64,000 nt of DNA. Origin: Bacteroidota bacterium. GTDB taxonomy: Bacteria > Bacteroidota > Bacteroidia > Bacteroidales > VadinHA17. Position numbers and translations under genes: made by a program. This document shows positions 21,085 to 30,966 of the stretch, piece after piece. Where the stretch lies: assembly GCA_029564935.1 (NCBI GenBank), contig JAKQPD010000159.1, forward strand, positions 11,059-75,058, written 5' to 3'. The notes under the pieces were generated by a model. That model searched no databases. It saw only the letters and a list, made by a program, of their open reading frames with translations, and was not told where the DNA came from. Position 1 is the first letter of the stretch. The number at the start of each line of letters is the position of its first letter.

Positions 21085-21232
21085 GGCGCAGAGCACAGAG
21101 CACAGGGCTCAGGGCACAGAGCACAGGGCTCAGGGCACAGAGCACAGGGCGCAGAGCAAGAACTCACCGCCTGCCTCACGCCTCACGCCTCACGCCTCAC
21201 GCCTCACGCCGGACGCCTCACGCCGGACGCCG
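21085..21232. repeat. Two-arm heptamer tandem repeat (RGCDCAG)x10 + (GCCTCAC/GCCGGAC)x8
   Basis: Arms at 21085-21158 and 21173-21232. Confidence 0.92.
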
Positions 21233-21251
21233 ATTTAAATATTTCGGCTTA

Positions 21252-21298
21252 CAAAAGTACATAACGTGAATGATGTATTAAAGAAATATTTAATTTTG
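21252..21298. promoter_or_regulatory. Divergent Bacteroidota -7 elements (TAnnTTTG) for miaB and yebC
   Basis: TACTTTTG on minus at 21252-21259; TAATTTTG on plus at 21291-21298. Confidence 0.6.
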
Positions 21299-21325
21299 CA
21301 ATCTCAAACCTTTAAAACATATTGT

Positions 21326-22072
21326 ATGTCAGGTCACAATAAATGGTCTACGATCAAGAGAAAGAAGGGGGCTGCTGATGCCAGACGGGGAAAGATCTTC
21401 ACGAAGATTATCAAGGAGATAATTATTGCGGCAAGGGAAGGCGGAGGTGATCCTGATTCCAATTCCAGGCTCAGGCTGGCAATTCAGAATGCCAAAGGCG
21501 CCAATATGCCGAAAGATAACATTGAAAGGGCAATTAAAAAGGCTGTCGGTTCCGAATCGGTCAGTTATCTTGAAACCTCATTTGAAGGCTATGCACCTCA
21601 CGGGATAGCTGTTTTTGTTGAGGCTCTGACAGATAATAACAACAGAACTGTTGCATCCGTCAGATCGGCATTCAATAAGTATGGAGGTAATCTTGGCACA
21701 AACGGTTCACTAAGTTATGTATTCGACCGGAAAGGAATATTTACAATTACAAGGGAGGATGATCTGAATCTTGACGACCTGGAACTGGCAATGATAGATG
21801 CAGGAGCCGAAGATTTCGAGGTCGATGATGATACGGTTACAATAACCTGTCCCAAGGAAGATTTCGGAAGTGTTAGCAGGAAACTTGGAGAAATGGGTAT
21901 AGAACCTGAAGAATCAAGGTTGAAGAGGATACCAAATGATACAAAAAAGCTGGATGTTGAATCAGCGAAAAAAGTATTGAAGTTCATTGAAGCCCTTGAG
22001 GACGACGATGATATACAGAATGTATACCATAATCTGGAGATGACAGACGAACTGGCTGAGGCGCTGGAATAG
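21326..22072 (+). CDS. yebC: YebC/PmpR family protein
   Basis: MSGHNKWSTIKRKK, ANMPKDNIERAIKK, TDNNNRT, DDIQNVYHN. Confidence 0.95.
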   Translation: MSGHNKWSTIKRKKGAADARRGKIFTKIIKEIIIAAREGGGDPDSNSRLRLAIQNAKGANMPKDNIERAIKKAVGSESVSYLETSFEGYAPHGIAVFVEALTDNNNRTVASVRSAFNKYGGNLGTNGSLSYVFDRKGIFTITREDDLNLDDLELAMIDAGAEDFEVDDDTVTITCPKEDFGSVSRKLGEMGIEPEESRLKRIPNDTKKLDVESAKKVLKFIEALEDDDDIQNVYHNLEMTDELAEALE

Positions 22073-22083
22073 ATTATAAAAGG

Positions 22084-22566
22084 ATGATAAGAAATGCTTT
22101 AACGATATTGATTTTGCTGTTTATCACAGCAGGTGTTTGCAGGTCTCAGGAATTTATGAGAACTGCTGATCTTTTGAAACGGCAGGATGAGAAGAACTGC
22201 GGAGCCCTTACAATCTCACAGGACCTGGGGATAGATTCCCTTATCAGCCGGTCGATCCTTGCAAACGGGCGACTCAGAACCATGGAAGGTACAAGGGGTA
22301 TCCAGGGCTTCAGGATACAGATATATTACAGTTCAGTAAGAAATGCACGTGAAGAATCTGCGCGGGCAAGAGCAGAATTCATAAATAAATTCCCCGGGAT
22401 AATTTCCTATGCTCAATACCAGGAGCCCGGTTATTTCATGATAAGGGCAGGGGATTACAGAACCAAAACCGAGCTTTACAAGGACCTGATGGCTATCCGG
22501 CGGGAGTTCCCTAATGCGTATCCTGTTCCGGCTGTAATTAATTACCCGGGAGTGACCCGGAATTAA
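22084..22566 (+). CDS. SPOR-like domain protein
   Basis: Signal peptide; GFRIQIY...PGYFMIRAGDYRT...FPNAY. Confidence 0.7.
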   Translation: MIRNALTILILLFITAGVCRSQEFMRTADLLKRQDEKNCGALTISQDLGIDSLISRSILANGRLRTMEGTRGIQGFRIQIYYSSVRNAREESARARAEFINKFPGIISYAQYQEPGYFMIRAGDYRTKTELYKDLMAIRREFPNAYPVPAVINYPGVTRN

Positions 22567-22568
22567 TC

Positions 22569-24470
22569 ATGAGTGATAATATTAAACATGAATGCGGCAT
22601 TGCACTGTTGAGACTACGCAAGCCGTTAGGCTACTATTTTGGTAAATACGGAACCTGGAGTTACGGGCTGAGGAAGATGTACCTGATGATGGAAAAACAG
22701 CATAACAGGGGTCAGGACGGCGCCGGAATTGCAGGCATCAAACTTAATGTCGCTCCGGGAAACCAGTATATATTCAGACAAAGATCAAACAAGTCAGATC
22801 CCATCAAGGAAATATTCGGGATAATATATGACGGGATTGAAAAATCCCTTCATCAGGATATTAAAACGGCACCTGATGCGGATCTGATAAAGGAGAAAGT
22901 TCCATTTATCTGTGATATTTACCTCGGGCATCTGAGGTACGGAACATATGGCAACTACAAGATAGACTATGTCCATCCCGTGAGCCGTGAGAATAACTGG
23001 AGGTCAAGAAACCTCGTGATGGCAGGTAATTTTAATCTGACAAATGTAAGCGAGGTTTTCAATAACCTCGTCGATCTGGGTCAGAATCCCGTGGATTTTT
23101 CCGATACAGTTACAATACTGGAGAACGTTGGACATCGCCTTGATGAGGAGCATGACAGGCTGTTCAGGCTTTACAGGGAACAGGGATATTCCAAAAAAGA
23201 AGTTTCACTTATGGTTGAGAGGGATATCAACCTGGTGACTGTTCTGCAGAAAGCCAGCCGTAACTGGGATGGCGGATATGCAATGGCAGGAATGACCGGT
23301 CATGGTGACGCATTTGTTGTACGAGATCCAGCCGGTATAAGACCTGCCTTTTATTACATAGATGATGAGGTAGTTGTAGTTGCTTCAGAGAGACCTGTCA
23401 TCCAGACTATTTTCAATATAAGGACTGATGGTGTAAATGAACTTCCGCCGGGACATGCACTGATAATTAAAGCTGCAGGGAATATATCTATAGAAAGGAT
23501 TAAAGAAGAAACTGAACCGCGAAAATGTTCTTTTGAACGCATATATTTCTCGAGGGGGACGGATAAGACTATTTACCGTGAAAGAAAAAAGCTCGGGGAA
23601 TTGCTTACTCATCCCGTTCTGCGGGCAGTTAATTATGATACCGACAATACTGTATTTTCATATATTCCAAATACTGCTGAAAGTGCATTTTATGGACTTA
23701 TAAAGGGTGTGGAGGATTATCTGAACCAGTCAAAGATAGATGCCATATCCGGAAACGCTGCCAGCCTTACAAGGGACCAGCTTGCCGGGATAATCAATCA
23801 CCGTCCCAGAGTGGAAAAGATCGCCGTCAAAGATGTAAAACTCAGGACTTTCATTACCCAGGATTCGGCACGGGATGATCTCGTGGAACATGTATATGAC
23901 GTTACATACGGCGTCATAAGAAGGGGACAAGATAACCTTGTTGTGATTGACGATTCAATTGTGAGAGGCACCACTCTTAAAATGAGTATTATTAAGATCC
24001 TTGACAGGCTTGAACCGAAAAAGATAGTTGTTGTATCATCTTCCCCGCAAATACGCTATCCGGACTGTTATGGAATTGACATGGCAAGGCTTGGCGATCT
24101 TATCGCTTTCAGGGCGGCTGTAGAACTGCTGAAAGATACGGGAAGGGAGCATATTATCGGAATGATTTATGAGGATGCAAAAGCAGAAATGGAGAAGCCT
24201 GTTACCGGAATAAGGAATCTTGTCAGGGAAATTTATAAGCCTTTCTGCCCTGAAGAGATATCAAGGAAAATTGCTGCCATGCTGAAATCTGAAGAAATAA
24301 AAGCTGAAGTTGAAATAGTTTTCCAGTCCATTGAGGGACTTCATACAGCCTGTCCGGGTCATACCGGCGACTGGTATTTTACGGGCAATTATCCTACTCC
24401 GGGAGGAAATAAGGTCGCAAACCAGTCCTTCATCAACTTTATTGAGGGAAGAAAAGCCAGAGCTTACTGA
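22569..24470 (+). CDS. purF: Amidophosphoribosyltransferase (long Bacteroidota type)
   Basis: KHECG N-terminus, HNRGQDGAG, GHLRYGT, VIDDSIVRGTT, YPDCYGIDM. Confidence 0.9.
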   Translation: MSDNIKHECGIALLRLRKPLGYYFGKYGTWSYGLRKMYLMMEKQHNRGQDGAGIAGIKLNVAPGNQYIFRQRSNKSDPIKEIFGIIYDGIEKSLHQDIKTAPDADLIKEKVPFICDIYLGHLRYGTYGNYKIDYVHPVSRENNWRSRNLVMAGNFNLTNVSEVFNNLVDLGQNPVDFSDTVTILENVGHRLDEEHDRLFRLYREQGYSKKEVSLMVERDINLVTVLQKASRNWDGGYAMAGMTGHGDAFVVRDPAGIRPAFYYIDDEVVVVASERPVIQTIFNIRTDGVNELPPGHALIIKAAGNISIERIKEETEPRKCSFERIYFSRGTDKTIYRERKKLGELLTHPVLRAVNYDTDNTVFSYIPNTAESAFYGLIKGVEDYLNQSKIDAISGNAASLTRDQLAGIINHRPRVEKIAVKDVKLRTFITQDSARDDLVEHVYDVTYGVIRRGQDNLVVIDDSIVRGTTLKMSIIKILDRLEPKKIVVVSSSPQIRYPDCYGIDMARLGDLIAFRAAVELLKDTGREHIIGMIYEDAKAEMEKPVTGIRNLVREIYKPFCPEEISRKIAAMLKSEEIKAEVEIVFQSIEGLHTACPGHTGDWYFTGNYPTPGGNKVANQSFINFIEGRKARAY

Positions 24471-25426
24471 TTGTCGTGAGAGAACCAGGTTATCATGAAA
24501 TCCTTCTTATAGGAGGCCAGATGCCTGTTTATCTTTTCCACATAGATATCCCTGAGTGTTATCATTATGCCTGTTTCCTCTACATTGCCGAACTTATGAT
24601 TGATAAAGGTACCGAAGGTGCGCATCGTCGGTGAAAGGTTCATATAGGCATTAATAAGCGGAGGTATCGATTCTCCAAGTTTTCTTACTTCAGATGACAG
24701 GATCTTGTAATTATCCTTGTAGCGCCGGCCGGTAAAGATCTTCCTCATTTCATCTTCATGAATATCAATATTTGCAGGATCTACCGGTGTAACAAGATTA
24801 TCGGGATCATCAAAATGTCTTTTCAGGAAGAACAGTATCATATTCCTGGCATTCTGATTAAAGTGAGTATACATTGTAACTTTCCCGAAAAGATATTTGA
24901 TATGGTGATTTTCAATGATAAGTGCGCCAAGACCGTCCCACAGATTGTCAAGCGCATAAAGGCTCTTCCTTCCCCTTGCCCTGGACTGATATTCAGGAAG
25001 AACAAATGATCTCCCCAACTCCATGAGATGGGGGTAATATTTTTTGAGGAATTTTGACGAGAAACTGAAATAGTCGGAAGAAGCTAGTTTTGTTATATCG
25101 CAGTTTGTACAGCCTTTCAGAGGAAAGTAAAAGCGATAGCCTCCGACAATCTCCTTGTTTTCAGGATCCCAGACGATCAGTTGTTTCTGGGGATCTTCAG
25201 GTGCTGTATCAAACTTATCTATGTCGATCGTATGACCTGTGCCTCCTCCGGCATGCCGGAAAGTAAGCTCTCTGACCCTGCCGACTTCGTGCATCAGTAC
25301 AGGCGAATCATTGTTATCAAAAATGTATACCTCGTTACCGGCATTGTTGGTCTTCCTGAGGAACCTTTCTTTTGTAAGTTCTGCAATAATCTGATCAAGG
25401 GGTAAACGTTCAACGACAGGTTCCAT
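24464..25426 (-). CDS. glsB: GNAT-fold amino-acid lipid N-acyltransferase (GlsB/OlsB-like)
   Basis: GRVRELTFRHAGGG, DIDKFD, ELGRSFV, IPPLINAY; paired with an acyltransferase upstream of mraZ as in Bacteroides. Confidence 0.7.
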   Translation of the reverse strand: MEPVVERLPLDQIIAELTKERFLRKTNNAGNEVYIFDNNDSPVLMHEVGRVRELTFRHAGGGTGHTIDIDKFDTAPEDPQKQLIVWDPENKEIVGGYRFYFPLKGCTNCDITKLASSDYFSFSSKFLKKYYPHLMELGRSFVLPEYQSRARGRKSLYALDNLWDGLGALIIENHHIKYLFGKVTMYTHFNQNARNMILFFLKRHFDDPDNLVTPVDPANIDIHEDEMRKIFTGRRYKDNYKILSSEVRKLGESIPPLINAYMNLSPTMRTFGTFINHKFGNVEETGIMITLRDIYVEKINRHLASYKKDFMITWFSHDNQ

Positions 25427-25496
25427 CTTCTTCGATAGGGTTAGTTCTGACTCTGCGGAAAAAAACTGTGCAATTTAGGATTTTTTTTATTCCGTA

Positions 25497-26342
25497 TTAC
25501 CGGAGTATAAGTGATTCCAGCTCATAAGACCTGGATTTTACCCATTCTGCCCATTCAGAAGGTGATTTTGAACTGTCGAAGGTCTGCCACGGGATAGCTC
25601 TTCCGAAAACCAGAGATATATCCTTGCCTTTCTGGCTGAACATTTCATCGGGAAGATAAAGCATTTCTATATTCCCCTTTATTCGCAGGAAGGCCCTTAT
25701 ATTTGCCAGATTGTAGAAGAAATCAGAATTTTTCCCCGAGAAAAATGCCGGAACGACATCCCTTTTGTGCTGAACTGCTTTTGTAATAAAGCTTTTATGC
25801 CAGACAAGATCCTTAATCACCCCCTTTTTCTTACGTGAACATAATCCTGCAGGAAAGTAAAGTACCTGACAATCTGATGCATATATGTCTTCAAGCTGTT
25901 TAATGGCCTCCCTTGTCTGGCCTCCATGCTTATTTACCGGAAGGAAGAACCCCGATAAATTTTTAATATTCATTAGTATATCATTTACGGGGAACTTGAT
26001 GTTTGTATAATATTTCGATAATTCATTCATGAATACCAGACCGTCAAGCCCTCCCAGAGGATGGTTTGAAACAAATATATATCTTCCGGTTACCGGAATA
26101 TTTTCACTGCCATATACCCGGTATGTCGTTTTCATGTAGTCAAGGGTAGCCCTTACAAACCCGGCATCCTTCAGATGACTGTTCATCCGGAGAAGCTCAT
26201 TGATCTCGTCCTGATGAATTATCCTTTTGAGGTAGTTTATCAGAAAAGAAGGAACCGTCTTTGCAAGTGAAGGATTCTTCGATTCCAGCACTTTCTGTAC
26301 ATCAATCTGCAATACTTCTTCATTTCCACCCTGTCCGTCCAT
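25497..26342 (-). CDS. glsA: PlsC-family O-acyltransferase (GlsA-like)
   Basis: NHPLGGLD (HX4D) and FPAGLCSR. Confidence 0.7.
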   Translation of the reverse strand: MDGQGGNEEVLQIDVQKVLESKNPSLAKTVPSFLINYLKRIIHQDEINELLRMNSHLKDAGFVRATLDYMKTTYRVYGSENIPVTGRYIFVSNHPLGGLDGLVFMNELSKYYTNIKFPVNDILMNIKNLSGFFLPVNKHGGQTREAIKQLEDIYASDCQVLYFPAGLCSRKKKGVIKDLVWHKSFITKAVQHKRDVVPAFFSGKNSDFFYNLANIRAFLRIKGNIEMLYLPDEMFSQKGKDISLVFGRAIPWQTFDSSKSPSEWAEWVKSRSYELESLILR

Positions 26343-26506
26343 TTTCTTGCATTTAAATCGCGTAAAATTATCAAATTTTAAAAAAACTTAAAATACAGCT
26401 TGTCCCCTGGTAATTTTTTAAACCTTTATCCCTTCCCTTTATTATTTATAACCCTTCCCACTTTTCCCCCTAGCCGTCAACTTAAGGGTTGTTGCGAACA
26501 AAAGTT

Positions 26507-26848
26507 TCCCCTCCTTTTTTTAAGGAGGGGTGGCCGGGATTGCTGATTATAATATGATTACAATCCTGCATTCCCGGCCGGGGTGGTTGACCTTTGTTGT
26601 CTTCTGGACTTTCTTCTTTAAAGATTCTTTGACTTAAGTTGATTCCATAAAACGGACTCATCAGAAGTGGAATTACTTCTCAGATATGATCTGAGAGGTT
26701 TGAGACTTTTTCGGTTAAAAAGGTGTTTGTTATCCATTAAAATAAAAGTAACGAAAAAATTGAATTAACCACCCCGGCCAGACAATTAATATTTCTGCAA
26801 GTCCGACGGTTTCTGCGTCTGGCCACCCCTCCTTTGAAAGGAGGAGAA
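26507..26848. repeat. Inverted pair of composite REP-like elements
   Basis: Left: CCCCTCCTT...AAGGAGGGGTGGCCGGG...CCCGGCCGGGGTGGTT (26508-26588). Right: AACCACCCCGGCCAGAC...GTCTGGCCACCCCTCCTTTGAAAGGAGG (26767-26844). Confidence 0.85.
26588..26737 (-). pseudogene. DUF559 (Vsr-like) endonuclease N-terminal remnant
   Basis: MDNKHLFNRKSLKPLRSYLRSNSTSDESVLWNQLKSKNL*RRKSRRQ matches the DUF559 pattern LRxNxTxAExxLWxxL...KFRRQ; internal TAA at 26618-26620, then truncation. Confidence 0.75.
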
Positions 26849-27055
26849 AGTTAATTATATATAATCCAGACAATTACAATAGTTTTCGTTATTTAATCAT
26901 TTCTTAGGTGAAGACGAGCGCGACAGCGGGAGGTTGGGGATAGGGTTATGTTTATTATGCCCTATTGTTAATAACTTTTTTTAAGACCAGAGTTTCGAAT
27001 TCATGCGGCTTTCCGATGAGTTTAATAAAAGTTATTAACATGTTAAAATAAAAAA

Positions 27056-27080
27056 GTGGAGGAAAGTGGGGGAAAGTGGA
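27056..27080 (+). promoter_or_regulatory. MraZ binding repeats
   Basis: GTGGA-N5-GTGGG-N5-GTGGA at a 10-bp period upstream of mraZ. Confidence 0.8.
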
Positions 27081-27124
27081 GATTTTTTCTTTATTTTAGC
27101 GTCCTGATTGAAATCAAGAAAGTC

Positions 27125-27586
27125 ATGGCCACCTTTATCGGTGAAAATTATTGCAAGGTTGATTCCAAGGGAAGGATCATACTTCCTATGGATTTCATAA
27201 AGCAGTTGCCTGTTGATTCCCGCGATCATTTGATAGTCCGTAAAGATATTTTCGTAAACTGCCTGGTACTTTATTCCGCTGATGACTGGAACCGCCAGGT
27301 TGAAAAGATACGAAAAAAGATAAATCCATACAACCGTCTCCATAGTAATTTCCTCAGGAATTTTTATAAAGGCACTGACAAACTGGAGCTTGACAGCAAT
27401 AATCGTTTTCTTTTACCGAGAAGGCTTCTCGACCTTATCGGTGTTGAACGGGATGTGGTTCTTCTCGGGCAGGACGGAAAGATAGAGATATGGGCAGCTG
27501 AGAATTATCATTCAACCGATATGACGCCCGAAGATCTGGCGAATCAGACGGAAGAGTTTCTGGGTGATATTAATGATTCCGATTAA
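27125..27586 (+). CDS. mraZ: Division/cell wall cluster repressor MraZ
   Basis: KVDSKGRIILP, LDSNNRFLLP, KIEIW; start chosen at MATFIG. Confidence 0.93.
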   Translation: MATFIGENYCKVDSKGRIILPMDFIKQLPVDSRDHLIVRKDIFVNCLVLYSADDWNRQVEKIRKKINPYNRLHSNFLRNFYKGTDKLELDSNNRFLLPRRLLDLIGVERDVVLLGQDGKIEIWAAENYHSTDMTPEDLANQTEEFLGDINDSD

Positions 27587-27588
27587 CC

Positions 27589-28485
27589 ATGGTCTATCAT
27601 ATACCTGCAATGCCGGAAAAGAGTATTGAAGGGCTGAATATCCGCCCTGACGGTATATATGTTGATGCAACATTCGGAGGCGGGGGGCATTCAAGGGAAA
27701 TTCTCAGCCGGCTGACTTCGGGAAAGCTTATAGCATTTGACCAGGATGAGGATGCTGCTGTAAATATCCCCGCTGACAGCCGATTCATTTTTCTTAACCA
27801 GAATTTCAGGTTCCTCAGGAACAACCTCAAATTTAATGGAATTAGCTCTATAGACGGATTGATAGCCGATCTGGGAGTCTCATTTCATCAGTTTGATGAA
27901 CCGGACAGGGGATTTTCCTTCAGGTTCGATGCCCCGCTTGACATGAGGATGAACAGGGATGGCAGCACTACAGCGGCCGATATTATAAGAAAATCGGATG
28001 AATCGGATCTTTCCGGCATATTATCCGAATATGGCGAACTTTCAAATTCACGCTCTGTTGCCAGGGCAATTGTTACGTCAGCCAGAATAAAACCCATTGT
28101 CCGTACAGGTGACCTTGTCTCTGCTATACGTTCGCTGGCTCCGGTACGTCAGGAACATAAATTCTATGCCAAAGTCTTCCAGGCTTTGAGGATAGCTGTG
28201 AATCACGAAATTGAAAATCTGAAGGAAATGCTGCTTCAGTCTCTTGAAATGCTGAACAGCGGCGGTCGGCTTGTCGTGATAACTTATCACTCTCTCGAAG
28301 ACAGGATTGTGAAAAATTTCATGCGTTCGGGCAATTTTGAAGGAATTGAAAAGAAAGATTTTTACGGCAATCCGGAAGTTCCTTTCAGAGTTCTCAATAA
28401 GAAGGGAATAACACCCGGAGAAGATGAGATTGCCGTAAATACCAGGGCCAGAAGTGCAAGATTAAGAATTGCTGAAAAAATCTGA
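27589..28485 (+). CDS. rsmH: 16S rRNA m4C1402 methyltransferase
   Basis: DATFGGGGHS, DLGVS, LDMRM, FQALRIAVN, YHSLEDR. Confidence 0.96.
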   Translation: MVYHIPAMPEKSIEGLNIRPDGIYVDATFGGGGHSREILSRLTSGKLIAFDQDEDAAVNIPADSRFIFLNQNFRFLRNNLKFNGISSIDGLIADLGVSFHQFDEPDRGFSFRFDAPLDMRMNRDGSTTAADIIRKSDESDLSGILSEYGELSNSRSVARAIVTSARIKPIVRTGDLVSAIRSLAPVRQEHKFYAKVFQALRIAVNHEIENLKEMLLQSLEMLNSGGRLVVITYHSLEDRIVKNFMRSGNFEGIEKKDFYGNPEVPFRVLNKKGITPGEDEIAVNTRARSARLRIAEKI

Positions 28486-28488
28486 GAA

Positions 28489-28842
28489 ATGGCTAAGGAG
28501 GAAGGTGAAAACGGAAAGAAGATCAGTACAGGAAGCATCATGAAGGAGGTACTGAGTGGGGGGATCACTTCAAAGATCATTCTCAGGAATATCTGGTATG
28601 TAATGCTTCTGACCTTCATTGCGGCTGTTTATATAGCCAACAGGTTCCATGCCGAGAAGATTACACGTGATATGAACAGGATTCAGCGGGAAGTGAAAGA
28701 GCTGAGGGCTGAATCTCTTTCAACCTCGGCTGATCTGATGTATGTGAGCAGACAATCGGAAGTATATAAGATGGTAAGGGAAAAAGGCCTTGAACTGGAG
28801 GAGCTTAAAACTCCGGCTTTCAAGCTCCTTATTGATAACTAG
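28489..28842 (+). CDS. ftsL: FtsL-like cell division protein
   Basis: Single TM plus coiled coil between rsmH and ftsI. Confidence 0.8.
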   Translation: MAKEEGENGKKISTGSIMKEVLSGGITSKIILRNIWYVMLLTFIAAVYIANRFHAEKITRDMNRIQREVKELRAESLSTSADLMYVSRQSEVYKMVREKGLELEELKTPAFKLLIDN

Positions 28843-28847
28843 GAATT

Positions 28848-30962
28848 ATGGCTGTAAGAGACGATATAGTATTCCGGGGTGGCATTCTTTATTTTGTGCT
28901 TGCAATTGCTGCACTGGCAATTTTTATCCGTATTCTCATCCTGCAAACCATAGAGCATGGCAAATGGTCGGCCATGAGCGAAAAGTATGTTTTCACAACA
29001 GCGGAACTGCCGGCTGACAGGGGAGATATCCTTGCACATGACGGCCGCCTTCTCGCAAGTTCAATCCCCTATTACACAATTTATATGGACACCAGGAGTA
29101 CCGGGATGTCACAGCAGACATGGACATCGGGGATTAACGGCCTTTCAGCCGGTCTTGCAAGATACCTTGGTGTCAGGACTGCTGAAGGCTGGAAATCTGC
29201 CATTACTGATGCCCGGAAAAGAGGTGACCGCTATTTTCTTATCAAGAGGAGGGTTGATTATGAGACGCTTAAAAAGCTTAAGGAGCTGCCGATTTTCAGG
29301 GAAGGTCAGTATAAGGGAGGATTGATGGCACAGGCTGAGAACAGACGGATCCTCCCCAACAATGAGCTGGCTGCCAGAACTATCGGATATCTTAATCTTG
29401 GCGACGGAGGTACCCGGGTCGGCATTGAGGGCTCGTTTGATAAAGAGCTTGCCGGAAAGAATGGTATGGCTGTAAAACAACGTCTGACAGGAGGGGACTG
29501 GATAACTGTTGATGCCGCAGGTACAGTAGATTCCCGCGACGGCAATGATGTTGTGACGACAATAGATATTGACCTTCAGGATGTTGCATCAAACGCTCTC
29601 GCAAATCAGCTGAAAAAGCACAATGCACATCATGGTTGTGCCGTGGTCATGGAAGTATCCACCGGTGATATACGTGCGATAGCCAACCTTGAAATTGGAT
29701 CTGACGGGAATTATCATGAAAGCTATAATTATGCAGTAGGCGAGAGCACTGAACCGGGATCTACATTTAAACTGCCTGTTCTTATGGCTGCTCTTGAAGA
29801 GGGGAAGATTGATACAGGCGACATTGTTGATACAGGTTCCGGAAGCGTTAAATTCTATAATAAGGTCATACGCGATACAAAAGAGGATGGTTATGGCAGG
29901 ATAACAGTCCGGCAGGTTTTTGAAAAATCATCCAATGTCGGGACAGCCAAACTCATTACCAGTTTGTATGCTGACCGGCCCATGGATTTTGTTAACCGGC
30001 TGTGCGCCATGAAGCTTAATGAAAAACTTGACCTTCAGATCAAAGGTGAAGGTGAACCTCTTATAAGATACCCCGGTGATAAGCTGTGGTCAGGCATTTC
30101 GCTTCCCATGATGTCGCATGGTTATGAAGTACAGATGACCCCGCTGCAGATACTGACTTTCTACAATGCAGTGGCAAATGACGGGAAAATGATGAAACCC
30201 AGGTTCGTGACCGCAATTACTCGCAATGGCACTGTCCTGAGACATTTTAATCCCGATGTAATTGTGAACTCAATAGCCTCCGGATCAACAATCAGAAAAG
30301 CAAAAAAAATGATGGAGGGGGTTGTGGAACATGGTACAGCGACAAACCTCAGGAATGATAATTACAAGATCGCGGGAAAGACAGGCACGGCCCAGATCGC
30401 AAAAGGCAGCAGAGGCTATAAGTCAGGATCCGGTGTCTCATATCAGGCTTCCTTCGTTGGCTATTTCCCTGCTGATAATCCACTCTATTCATGCATAGTA
30501 GTCGTGAATGCACCATCAAACGGTGTGTATTATGGCAATCAGGTTGCCGGTTCGGTTTTCAGGGAGATATCTGATAAAGTATATGCAACAAATTTCTTCA
30601 GGGACTACAGTGACCCGAAAGATGTAAGAACGGCTTCCCGGGTTCCTGAAGCAGGTAACGGATTCAGGCAGGATATTAACAATGTCCTTGCTGAACTTGA
30701 CGTCAGAGTCCGCAAACGTTCAAAGGATGAATGGATTAAAACACTTGAAAGCGGCGATACAATTACCTATGCCGGAGTAAAGATCAGTAAAGGACTTGTA
30801 CCTGATGTCAGGGGAATGAGCCTCAGGGATGCAATGTACCTGCTGGAAAACTCAGGTTACAGGGTGAAATTCACCGGTAAAGGGAAAGTACTCAGGCAAT
30901 CGCCTGAACATGGTCAGAGATATTTTGAAGGACAGGTGGTCTCTCTTGAAATGAATATGTAG
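28848..30962 (+). CDS. ftsI: Class B PBP (FtsI) with PASTA domain
   Basis: EPGSTFK, SSN, KTGTAQ and C-terminal VPDVRGMSLRDA. Confidence 0.92.
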   Translation: MAVRDDIVFRGGILYFVLAIAALAIFIRILILQTIEHGKWSAMSEKYVFTTAELPADRGDILAHDGRLLASSIPYYTIYMDTRSTGMSQQTWTSGINGLSAGLARYLGVRTAEGWKSAITDARKRGDRYFLIKRRVDYETLKKLKELPIFREGQYKGGLMAQAENRRILPNNELAARTIGYLNLGDGGTRVGIEGSFDKELAGKNGMAVKQRLTGGDWITVDAAGTVDSRDGNDVVTTIDIDLQDVASNALANQLKKHNAHHGCAVVMEVSTGDIRAIANLEIGSDGNYHESYNYAVGESTEPGSTFKLPVLMAALEEGKIDTGDIVDTGSGSVKFYNKVIRDTKEDGYGRITVRQVFEKSSNVGTAKLITSLYADRPMDFVNRLCAMKLNEKLDLQIKGEGEPLIRYPGDKLWSGISLPMMSHGYEVQMTPLQILTFYNAVANDGKMMKPRFVTAITRNGTVLRHFNPDVIVNSIASGSTIRKAKKMMEGVVEHGTATNLRNDNYKIAGKTGTAQIAKGSRGYKSGSGVSYQASFVGYFPADNPLYSCIVVVNAPSNGVYYGNQVAGSVFREISDKVYATNFFRDYSDPKDVRTASRVPEAGNGFRQDINNVLAELDVRVRKRSKDEWIKTLESGDTITYAGVKISKGLVPDVRGMSLRDAMYLLENSGYRVKFTGKGKVLRQSPEHGQRYFEGQVVSLEMNM

Positions 30963-30966
30963 GAAT

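Noticed and set aside
20968-21264. ORFs with HRAQGSG/ASRLTPH repeats
   Set aside because: Artefacts of the heptamer repeats; they overlap miaB antisense.
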